A stretch of 64,000 nucleotides of DNA from the human T2T-CHM13v2.0 reference genome, Homo sapiens. Of this stretch, positions 13,519 to 24,663 are shown piece after piece (position 1 is the stretch's first letter; every line of letters begins with the position of its first letter). The position numbers and the translations under genes are program-made. The stretch lies in assembly GCF_009914755.1 (NCBI RefSeq), contig NC_060928.1. One strand, written 5' to 3'. The notes below the pieces were generated by a model. The model ran no database searches. It saw only the letters and a list, made by a program, of their open reading frames with translations, and was not told the DNA's origin.

Positions 13519-14408
13519 ATTCAAAAGGAGAATAACAGAGAAATTCCAAAACCTAGAAAAAGATATCAATATTCAAGTATAAGATGGTTATATAATACAA
13601 AGCAGGCATAACCCAAAGAAGGCTACCTCAAGGCATTTAATAATAAAATCCAAAATGGAAAGAATAAAGACAGTATGCTAAAAACAGCAAGAGAAAAGTG
13701 ATAAATAACTTTCAATGGTGACCCATTACATAGAGCAGTAGACCTTTCAGTGGAAACTTTACAGGCCAAGGGAGAGTATCATGGCATATTTAAAGCGCTG
13801 AAGGATAAAAGAAAACTTTTACACTGAAATAAAATATCTGGCGAAAATATCCTTCAAACATTGAAAAGAAATAAAGACTGTCCTGACAAACAAAAGCTAA
13901 AGAACTTCACCAACACCACACCTGTCCTACAAGAAATGATAAAAAGCATTCTTCAATCCAAAGAAAAGGATATTAATGAGCAATAAGAAATCATCTGAAG
14001 GCACAAAACTCACTGGTCATAATTAGGCACACAGAGAAGCACAGAATATTATAATTCTGTTATCGTGGTATATAAACTACCCTTATCTTAAGCAGAAAGG
14101 TGAAAATATAAACGTATCAAAAATAACTACAACTTTTAAAGACATAAGACAGTACAAGAAAATATAAATAGAAACAACAAGTTAAAAAGCAGAAGGACTA
14201 AGTGCAGAGCTTTTATTAGTTTTCCTGTGTTAGACTGCTTGTCTGTTTAAGCCATCAGTGTTATGTTATCATCAGTTCAAAATACTGGGTCATGAAATAT
14301 TATTTGCAAGCATTCCAGTAACCTCAAATCAAAGAATATACAATGGATATGCAAAAAATAAAAAGCAAGAAATTAGAGCATGCCACCAGAGAAACTATCC
14401 ATCACAAA
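13467..14408 (+). mobile_element. L1 (L1MA/L1PB-age) ORF1 3' half and inter-ORF region; (GA)n at ~13487-13515
   Basis: Homologous to the opposite-strand copy at ~26.2-27.15 kb, e.g. 'aaaatatccttcaaacat..aaagaaataaagac..cagacaaacaaaagct'. Confidence 0.85.
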
Positions 14409-15001
14409 AAGGAAGAGAGGTAGGAAGGAAGGAAGGAAAGAAGGAAGGAAGGAAGAAGGGAGGGAGGGAAGTAAGGAGGGAAGGAAGGAAGGAAAAAGGA
14501 AGGAAGGAAGAGGAGGAGGAAGGAGGGAGGAAGGGAGGAAGGAAAGAAGGAAAGAAGGGAGGGAGGGAGAGAGGAAGGGAGGGAGGGAGAGAGGAAGGGA
14601 GGGAGGGAGAGAGGAAGGAAGGAAGGGAAAAAGGAAGGGAGGGAGGGACAGAAGGAGGGAGAGAGAGAGGAAGGAAGGAAGGAAAAGAGGGAAGGAAGGA
14701 AGGAGGGAAGGAAGGAAGGAAAAGAGGGAAGGAAGGAGGGAAGGAAGGAAGGAAGGAAAAAAGGAAGGAAGGAAGAGGAGGAGGAAGGAGGGAGGAAGGG
14801 AGGAAGGAAGAAAAAAGGAAGGAACAGAGGAAGGAAATAAGGAAGAAAGAGGGAAGAACGCAGGAAGGGAGGAGGAAAGGAAGGGAGGGAGGGAGGGAGG
14901 AAGAAAAGAAGGAAGAAGGAAGGAAGGAAGAGAGAGAGGGAGAAGGAAAGAAGGAAAAAGGAGGAAGAAGGGAGGAAGGAAGGAAGGAAAGAAGAAAGGA
15001 A
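14409..15001. repeat. ~590-bp polypurine (GGAA/GGAG) tract
   Basis: Almost pure G/A on the + strand; source of four spurious long ORFs. Confidence 0.97.
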
Positions 15002-16575
15002 GTCAACTGATCTTTGACAAAGCAGACAAAAAATACACTGTGGAAAGGACACAGTATTCAATAAATAGTGCTGGGAAACTGTATATCCTCACGTAGAATA
15101 ATTAAATTTGATCCCTGTTTCTCACCGTAGACAAAAATTACCTGAAGATGGATTGAAAACATAAATCAAAAACCCAAAATGATAAAAATTCTGGAAGAAA
15201 ACCTAGGACAAACTCTTCTGGACATTGGCCTAAGCAAATAATTTATGACTAAGACCCCAAAAGCAAATGTAACAGAAACAAAAATAAATAAATGTGACCT
15301 ATTTAACTTACAAAGCTTCTGCACAGCCAAAGAAGTAATCATGAGCATAAATAGACAGTGTAGAATTGAATAAATTATTTGCAAAGTAGACATTGACAAA
15401 GGAATAATATAAAAAATCCACAAGGAACTAAAATCATCAATTAAAAAAAACTAAATAACTCATTAAAAAGTGGGCAAAGGATGTGATCAGATATTTTCCA
15501 AAGAAAGGTATACAAAAGGCCAACAATCTTATGAAAAAATGTTCAACATCACTACTTATAAAGAAAATGCACATTAAAAAGACAATGAGATACCACCTTG
15601 CCCAGCCACAATGACCATTATTTAAAACGCAAAAAACAATGGATACTGGTGAAGATGTGATGAAAAGGAATGCTTATACAGTGTTAGTGAAATGTAAATT
15701 AGTACAACATTTATGAAAAGCAGTATAAAGATTCCTGAAAAAACTGAAAGCAGATCTACCCTTTGATCCAGCAACATCACTCCTAGGTATCCACCCAAAG
15801 GAAAATAAGTCATGTTATTAAAAAAAAAAAAAGACACCTGTGTGCCTATTTATCATAGCACAATTCACAATTTCAAAGACATGGAATCAACCCCAGTGCC
15901 CATTAGCCAATGAGTGGATAAAGTACTTATTGATATTTACTTTCTTTACTTTAAAAAATGGAGGGACATACCATGTGATATTTATTTCATAGCATGTGTG
16001 TGTGTATGTGTACACACACACACATGCACAAGTTGAATATAGATATATATTTACTTATATATGAGTAAATGTCACATTTGCTCATATATATCACATTTGC
16101 TCATGTATATGAGTAAATATGGTATTCCATGGTATGTGTGTATATGTGTGTATGTGTGTGTGTGTGTACATATATGTATACACACACACTATGGAATACT
16201 ACTCAGCCACACACAAAAAAAACAATATATTTTGCAGCAACTTGGATGTAACTGGAAGCCATCATCTTAAGTGAAGTAACTCGGGAACAGAAAACCAAAT
16301 ACCACATGTTGTCACTTATAAGCAGGAACTAAGCTGTGGGTATGCAAAAGCATACAGAGCGGTGTAACGAACACTGGAGACTCAGAAAGTGGGTAGGTGA
16401 GAGGGGATGAGGGATGAAAGATTGCCTATTGGGTACAATGTACACTGTTTGCATGATAGGTACACACAAAGCCAAGACTTCACAATTCATTCATTCACCC
16501 ATCTATGAAATTCATCCATGTAACCAAAATCCACTAGTATCATTAAAGCTATTGAAATATAAAATAAAATTTAAA
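15001..16575 (+). mobile_element. L1 3' ORF2 and 3' UTR (L1PB-like)
   Basis: 'caactgatctttgacaaagcag...' through 'attcatccatgtaaccaaaatccac...aaagctattgaaat' and A-rich tail. Confidence 0.85.
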
Positions 16576-17421
16576 AAATACATGAAGACACATACAGCTT
16601 AAAGGAAATGATGAATATAAATGTACCATACTAACCTAATAAAAAGAAAATAAGAATAGGTATCTTAATTTTAGACAAAGCAGACATCAAAGCAAGGAAA
16701 GTCAAAAGGATAAATGGCATTACACACTTATAAAGAGACTTCAACTGTGATGATAAATTTATCTATTTCTGATCTCTCTATCAGAAATCAACAGATCCAC
16801 CAGGTAGAAAATCAGAAAAGACAGAATTGAACTCAACAGCACTGTCCCTCAACTGGATGTAATTGACATTTATAAACTACTTCATCCAACAGCAGCAGAA
16901 TATACATTTTCTTCTCAAGTTGGCATGGAACATTCACCAAGATAGGCAACAATTTGGCCCATAAAACCCATCATAACAAAAGTAAAATAATATAAATCAT
17001 ATGTCTTCTCCTAGAACACAATAATATTATACTGGAAATCAGTAACAGAAAATCTCAAAATGCATAGAGGTTAAACGAAACACTTCTAAATAACATATAA
17101 GTAGAAGAAGAAATCTAAGTGTTAGTTGAACACATTATGAACTAAGTGAAAAATGAAAGCACTACTTATCAAAATTAGTAGTATGCAGAGAAAGCAGTGC
17201 TTAAAGGAAAATTGTCACAATGAATGCATATACTGTATTAGAAAAGCAAAAAGATATAAAATTAATAATTTAAAATTTCAACATAGCAAACTAGAAAATA
17301 AAGAGTAAATCCAACCCAAAGTATGCAGGAGAAAATAAATAATAAGAACTATAAGAAAAATCAATAACACTTAAAACTGGAAATCAAGAGAAAATCAACT
17401 CAAATAAAAAGCGAGTACTTT

Positions 17422-17551
17422 ATTTTTTTTCTTTTTTTTATTATTATACTTTAAGTTTTAGGGTACATTTGCACAATGTGCAGGTTAGTTACATATGTAT
17501 ACATGTGACATGCTGGTGCGCTGCACCCACTAACTCGTCATCTAGATGATG
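17422..17551 (-). mobile_element. Very short 5'-truncated young L1 (L1PA2/L1PA3-type 3' end)
   Basis: Reverse strand 'ctagatgacgagttagtgggtgcagcgcaccagcatg...aacttaaagtataata' + poly(A); 16-bp TSD aaaaagcgagtacttt at 17406-17421 and 17552-17567. Confidence 0.92.
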
Positions 17552-19656
17552 AAAAAGCGAGTACTTTAAAAAGATCAATAAAATTGATAAGCTTCTAGTC
17601 AGGCTAACTATGAAAAAATAAAAGAGGTCACAATTTACTAATATCAGAAATGCAGGAGGGAACATCTTTACACATTCCAGGGATATCAAAAGGACAAAGA
17701 AGAAGTACTAAGAATAATTCTATGCCTGCAAATTTGCAAACCTAGATGTAATAACCCAATTTCTTGAAGGACATAATCTTCCAAAATTTACATTAAAATA
17801 GACAATATGCATTGACCTGTATCTATTAAAGAAATTTAATCAATAATGAATAACATTCCAAAACAGAAGGTACCAGGGCCAGATGGGTCAGAGTAAATTC
17901 TAACAAACATTTAAGGAAAAAATTATGCCAATTTTCTATAATATTTTTCAGCAGAAAGAAGCAGAAGAAATACTTCCTAACTCATTCTGAGTCCAGAATT
18001 ACCCTCGTATCAAAACCAGCCAAAGTCATTACAAGAAAACTAGTCTTGAAACACATATGTAAAAACCTAAACAAAATATTAGTAAATTGAATTCAGCAGC
18101 GTATAAGAAGAAATATATACCACAACCGAGTGTGATTCATCCCAGGTATGCAAGCAGACTCAATATTTGCAAATCAAGTAACCATTTCATCAACAGGCAA
18201 AAAATGAGAAAGTGCATGATCACATCAATAAATGCAGAAAAAGCATTTGACAAAACCCAACACACAATCCTAATAAAAACTGTCAGTAAACTTGGAATAG
18301 AGAAAAACTTGGTCAACTTGATAAAGAATATCTACAAAAACCTACAGGGAGCATTAAGCTTAATGGTGAGAAACTAGAGTGTTTTCCCTTAAGATTAGGA
18401 ACAAGGGAAGGATGTCCACTTTTACCACTCCTTTCAACATCATACTGGAAGTCTTAGCTAATTTCCTATGACAAGAGAAGAAAACAAAAGGTATACAGAT
18501 TGAGAAGAAAGAAAACTATTTTGTTTGCAGGTTATATGACTATGTAGAAAATCCAAAATAATTGACAAAAATTTTCTGAAACTTATAATTATAACAAGTT
18601 TGCAGGTTACAATATTAATATACAAATATACATTGCACTTTCCTACATACCAGCAATGAACAAATGGAATTTGCAGTTTCAAATGCATTACGGTTTGTGT
18701 TAACATCCCCAAAAACAAAATACTGAGATAGAATCTAATAAAATATGTATAAAATTTACATAAGGAAAACAAACAAAGATAAGTTTCCTATTACATAAAC
18801 CAAAGAACTAATTAAATGAGGAGAAATTTCATAAGCATGGATAGATTCGATATTTTCATGATGTCAGTTTTTCCCATCTTTATGTATAGACCCAGTGCCA
18901 TTGCCAACAAGTTATTTTGTGAATATTGATAAACTGATTCTGAAGTTTGTATGCAGGGGCAAAAGAGCCAAAATTGCCAACACTATTTTGAAGGAGAAGA
19001 ATAAAGTTGGAGAACTGACACTATAGATTTCAAGACTTACTCTACAGCTATGGTAATCAGGACAGTATGGTGTTGACAAAAGAACAGACAAATATATCAA
19101 CGGAGCAGAAAGCCCAGGAATCTAACCAAATAAATAAGTCAACTGATTTCTGACAAAGAAGCAAAGGCACTGCAATAGAGCAAAAATAGTCTTTTTCACA
19201 AATGGTGCTGAAACAACTAGACAGCTCCACGCAAAAAAAGTAAGTAGAGACACAGACCTTAAACCTTTCACAAAAATTATCTCAGAATAGATTACAGACC
19301 AAAATGGAAAACAAACAAAAAGAAGCTATAAAAGTTTTAGTAGATAACGTAGGATAAACCCTAAGTGACCTTGGAAATGGCAAAGACGTTTTATATATAA
19401 AACCAAAGAAATAATTCACAAAATAATTAATTGATAAGCTGGACTTCATTAAATTAAATATTCTGCTTTGCAAAAGACAATGCCAATATCATGAGAAGAC
19501 AAGGCACAGACTGGGAAAAAATATTTGAAAATACACATCTGATAAAGGACGGCATTCCAAAATATACAAAGATTTCTTAACCTCAACGATAAGAAAGCAA
19601 ACACCTCGATTAAAAAATGGGACAAAGACTTTAACAAGACAAAGACCTTAACAGAC

Positions 19657-20009
19657 TGTATTAGTTCGTTTTCACACTGCTGTAACAAACTTCCCTGAGA
19701 CTGGGTACTTATAAAGGAAAGAGGTTTAATTGACTCACAGTTCCGCCTGTCTGGGAGGCCTCAGGAAACTTACAATCATGGGAGAAGGAGAAGCAGACAC
19801 CTTCTTCACAAGGCAGCCAGAGAAAGAAAACACAAAAGAGGAACTTCCAAACATTTATGAAACCATCAGATCTCATGACAACTCACTAACTATCATGAGA
19901 ACAGAATGGTGGAAACTGCCCCCATGATTCAAACACCTCCCTCCCTCAACATGTGTGGATTACAATTCCAGATAAGATTTGGGTGGGGACACAGAGGCAA
20001 AGCATATCA
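19657..20009 (-). mobile_element. THE1/MST solo LTR inserted in old L1
   Basis: 'tgtattagttcgttttcacactgct...gggtggggacacagaggcaaagcatatca'. Confidence 0.9.
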
Positions 20010-20389
20010 AAGATACCTCATCAAAGAAGATATATGGATGACTAATCAATGTTTGAAAAGATGCTTACATTGTATGTCATCTGAGAATTACAAATTAAAT
20101 CAAATACTAGACTGAGTGGCAAAAATTCAAAACACTGGCAACATCAAATGATAGTGAGAATATGAAACTGGGACTTTAACTCAATGCTATTAGGAATGCA
20201 AAATGGCATTTGGTGGTTTCTTATACAACTAAATAAATATTATCATAGAAATAGCATCTCTACTTCAAGATATTCTAGTGGTCAAATTGAAATTACTTAA
20301 TTTGTAGGGGGAGATTACAGTGCCATAAATGTCAGGAGGGGCCATCTTAGAAGCTGTTTTGCTTAGCATAAACATCCACCTGATCTAAA

Positions 20390-20500
20390 ATATTAGAACC
20401 ATGATAGGGATCTTGTCCATCTTGTCCACCGTTAAATTCTAGGACAGCTTTTGACATGTTGTATGTTCTCAATAAATATGTGATGATTGAATAAATTATT
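20390..20500 (+). mobile_element. L2 3' end
   Basis: 'ccatgatagggatcttgtc...ctcaataaatatgtgatgattgaataaat'. Confidence 0.55.
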
Positions 20501-21439
20501 TAAATACAAATCAATGTGTAACAGCAGAAGTTGGTAGGAAGAAAAGTTATTTGGTCAATGAAGCTATTTCTTCTTTTCTCTTCCTCCTTGTCTTCCTCTT
20601 CTTCTTTTTCAGTTAGAAGAAAGACAAAGTACAACATCAAATTTGCACATGCTTTACCATGATTCTCACCTTTGCATTGTGCGAATTTCTTATCTCATGC
20701 TACTTAAATTTGTTCACGTCATCTTGTATAAATGAGCTCAGAATTGAAAAGTTAATATTTTAAGCAGAATAGTTTATTTTCAGCAAGCTATCTTTTCCAA
20801 TATACTGGCTTTCACATTACAATAAACCATGTAGAAAATATATTTTCTCAACTTCATGGATGTTTGATAACAACATCTCTTATTAACTCTAAAGGTTGAA
20901 TGATGATAAAATCAAGAGCTCTTCAGAGGTTTCTTTAATAGCTTTAGCACCTCAAACACTGGAGTTGTTTATTCATTTTTATGGCAAAATGAAGTTCCAA
21001 AATATCTCTCTGATCTTACATTTAATGCAGCATGTGTTGTAAAGAATCAACTGAGGCTATTTTCTTTTCCTAAAAAGTTAAGATTCCAAAAGGGTAATAT
21101 TAACAAGAATTCCTATATGCATACAAAATAGCAGAATATTATAAGCACTTGCTTCAAAAGGTGGTATCTATAAATGTGGATTCAGTTTTAAATAAATTCA
21201 AATTCTATGTTCATTTCAGTATTTTCTCATCATATGCATGTCATTACTGAGAGATAATGTATTAAAAAGGAAAGAAAGGAAACTTGACACATATTTTTGA
21301 GCTGCTGTATGTTATGTAGTATGGTAGTTTGGGTAAATGTAGTCATCATAACAAAGCTTTGAGTTAGCTACAACTTACGCATCATAGATAAGAAAACTGC
21401 AGCTCAAAAGCGTAACATTTATGAATTAATTTTAAAATA

Positions 21440-22150
21440 ACATCATTTTTATGTGATAGCACTTGGCACAAAATGGTAAACTAGAACAAACACAACTTCT
21501 GCTGTCATAGAGCTTATCATATGGAGACAGTAATAAGACATTATTAGTCAATATACTGTTTAATTACAAGCAATGTTAAGTAGTCTAAAAGAAATGTAAA
21601 CAGTACTACAAGAGCTCAACATAGTTTAGAGGTTAAGGAAGCCCTTGTGAAGATTAGAAAATTGAGTTGAGAGATGGATGTATAGAAGCTAACTATGTAG
21701 AATACAATGGTGGATATAGTCTAGGCATGGAGAGTAGCATGTGGAAAATATGTGTGATGAAATAAAAGCATGTCTTATTCGAAGTTCTCAAAGATATTGT
21801 GGTATTAGAGTCCAGATAATGATGAAGAAAGGTAAAAATTATAAGACTGTATAGGTAAACAAGAAGGAAAACATGCATGTTCCATAGACCAGTTTAAATA
21901 GCATTTTCAGTCATTTTCCTAAGAGAAGAGACATTAATTAAAGGAGCTTAAGCATTAAATAGATTTACACCGAAAATATTATCTCTGTAATTTGGAAGAT
22001 ATCTTGGGGGAAAACAAATTTCAAATCAAGATAGAAATTTCCAAGAAAGTCCAGGCAAAAGCTGATAATATGTTGAAATATGAAAGACACAGAGAAAACA
22101 AATACATATAAAACATATCCAAGTGGTAAAAAAATAGAGCTTGGGAATGA
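21440..22150 (-). mobile_element. L2 fragment, highly diverged
   Basis: GA-rich L2 reverse-strand motifs: 'ctgctgtcatagagcttat', 'gttaaggaagccctt', 'aaagtccaggcaaaagctgata'. Confidence 0.5.
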
Positions 22151-22313
22151 AAAAGGTGAAAGAATTGAGACATCATTTATGATCTATTACATTTATATGT
22201 CATTCATGAGGGATTATGGCGTGTTTGGCATCAAAGTCCTCAACGGATGAGGTGCTTAGAAGTTTGGTAGAATGAAGAAATGAGCAAAGAGAGAGGGACA
22301 TAGAGTTTAATAC

Positions 22314-23699
22314 TTTTTTTATAATTTCCATTTTATTCCAGATTAAAGGGTACATGTGGAGGTTTGTTACATGGGTATATTGCATAATGCTGAGGTTTGG
22401 AGTGCAAATGATCCTTTCACCCAAGTAGTGAGCATAGTAAACAACAGATGATTTTCAGCCTATGCCCCTCTCTCTCCACCCCCTGTCTAGCAGTCCTCAG
22501 TGTCTCTCTTTCTCATCTTCATGTGCATGTGTATTCAGTGTTTTGCTCCCACTTATAAATAAGAACATGTGATATTTGGTTGTCTCTTCTTGCATATATT
22601 CACTTAAGATCCTCCAGCTCCATCCATGTTGCTGCAAAGGACTTGATTTTGTCATTTTTATAGATGAATTGTTTTCCACTGTGTATATGAATCACATTTT
22701 CTTTATCAAATCCACTTTTGAAGGGCACTTAGATTGAGTCTTTGCTATTGTAAATGGCACTGTGATACAGATATGAGTGCATGTGTCTTTTTGATAGAAT
22801 TGTTTTCCTTTGGGTTTATTCCCAATAGTAGAATTGCTGTTTCTAATAAGAGTTCTATTTTAAGTTCTTTGAGAAATCTCCAAATGTCTTTCCACAGTGG
22901 CTGAATTAGTTTGCATTCCCACGAAGACCGTATAAGCAGTCCTTTCACTCCAAGCCTCACCAGTATCTGCTATTTTTTGACTTTTTAATCAGCCCCACTC
23001 TGACTGATGTGAGATGGTATCTCATTGTGGATTTTATTTGATTTATCTTATGATTAGTGACGTTGAGCTGGTTTTTATGTTTTTTGGCCACTTGTACATC
23101 TTGTTTTGAGAACTGTCTGCTCATGTTCTTTTCCTGTTTTTATATTGGATTATCTGCTTTTTTTTCTTGTTGACATATTTATGTTCCTTGTGGATTCTGG
23201 ACAGTATTAGACTTCTGTCAGATGCGTAGTTGCAAATATTTTCACCCATTCTGTAGGTGTCTGTTTAATATATTGGTAGCTTATTTTGCTATGCTGAAGC
23301 TTTTTATTTTAATTAGGTCCCACTTGTCAATTCTTGTTTTTGTTGCAATTGCTACTGAGGACTTAGCCATAAATTCTTTGCCAAAGCCAATGTCAAGAAG
23401 GGTATTCCCTAGTTTTCTTCTAGAATTTTTATAGTTTTATGTCTACATTTAAATCTTTAACCCATCTTCAGTTAATTCTTGTGTATGGTGAGAGGGGTCT
23501 AGTTTCATCTTGTGCATATGGCTAGCCAGTTATCACAACACCATGTATTAAATAGGCAGGCATTTCCCCCATTGCTTGTTTTTTTCAATTTTGTCATATA
23601 TTAGATGATTGTATGTGTGTGGCCTTATTTCTGGGTTCTCTATTCTGTCTCATTGGACTATGTGTCTGCTTTTGTACTAGCACCATGTTGCTTTGGTTA
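22314..23699 (-). mobile_element. L1PA15/16-like 3' end, broken within ORF2
   Basis: T-tract then 'gggtacatgtggaggtttgttacatgggtatattgcataatgctgagg'; ends abruptly at 'caccatgttgctttggtta'. Confidence 0.88.
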
Positions 23700-23816
23700 T
23701 GAGTCTATTATTATGAGTCTATTATCTATATTAGATATAAATGTATCTAATATATATTTATATATATTAGTCTATATATAGACTTTTCTATAAATTCTAA
23801 TAGTCTATTATGAGTC
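23700..23816. other. Templated patchwork filler at right rearrangement junction
   Basis: Three copies of ttatgagtc (reverse complement of the THE1 break end) plus motifs shared with the 13343-13466 filler. Confidence 0.75.
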
Positions 23817-24280
23817 AGATAATTTTTTTAGATCTTGTAGGCATGATTCATTGTCTTTTATTCTTTTTCATTTCTCATCTTTCAAGTGTGTATTTTTAGA
23901 TAGTCTGTCTTCAGGGTCACTAATTCTTTCCTCTGCTAGATCAGTTCTCCCATTAAGAGATTAATGCATTCTTCAGTATGCCAGTGGCATTAATCTACTC
24001 CAGAATTTCAGCTTGACTTTTAAAAATTATTTCAATTTTTGTGTTAAATTTATCTGATAGATTACTGAATTTCTTCTCTGTATTATTTTTAATTTCTTTG
24101 AGTTTCCCCCAAACAGCTGTTTTGAATTATCTGTTTGAAAATTCAAATTTCCTTCTCTCCAGAATTGGTCCCTACTGCCATATTTAGTTTGTTTGATGAA
24201 TTCATATTGTCCTAGATGGTCTTGATGCTTGTGAATGTTCTTTGGTATCTGGGTGTTGTTCATTGGTGTCTGGGCATTTT
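23817..24280 (-). mobile_element. L1 ORF1 5' half (partner of the 13467 fragment)
   Basis: Homologous to 27175-27610 of the neighbouring L1, e.g. shared 'atgcattcttcagtatgcca'. Confidence 0.85.
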
Positions 24281-24464
24281 CTGCAAGGGATTCAGTGATG
24301 TGAAGACACAAGTGTTGAAGATCCCTTAGTAAAAAAATGGTGTACACCCAGTATGGTGCCCACTGCTACAGCTCAAGCACAGGGAGGAGTTAGAGGGACC
24401 TTGTGTGAGCAAGGTAATGTTCTCAAGAAAAGTGGATGTCCACTTTTACCACTTCTTTCAACAT

Positions 24465-24660
24465 CCATTGCACTCTAGCCTAGGTGACAAGAGCAAGACT
24501 CTGTCTCAAAAAAAAATAAAGGAAGGAAGGAAGGAGAGAGAGAGAGAGAGAGAGAGAGAAGGAAAGAAAGAGAAAGAAAGAAAAGAAAAAGACAGAAAGA
24601 AAGAAAAGAAAGAAAGGAAGAAAGAAAAGAAGAAAGGAAGGAAGACAGGAAGAGAAAAGA
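24465..24660 (+). mobile_element. Alu 3'-terminal fragment (~45 bp) with expanded GA/GAAA tail
   Basis: 'ccattgcactctagcctaggtgacaagagcaagactctgtctc' + A-run + (GA)n/(GAAA)n; no TSD found. Confidence 0.8.
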
Positions 24661-24663
24661 GTG

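Larger units (their letters stand above)
16590..20220 (+). mobile_element. Old L1 (L1MC/L1MD-like) ORF2, decayed, interrupted by younger inserts
   Basis: EN/RT remnants, e.g. 18087 ORF 'MITSINAEKAFDKTQH'; many stops and frameshifts. Confidence 0.85.

Noticed and set aside
14258-15096. Four long ORFs (203-250 aa) on both strands
   Set aside because: Artefacts of the stop-free GGAA tract; low-complexity translations
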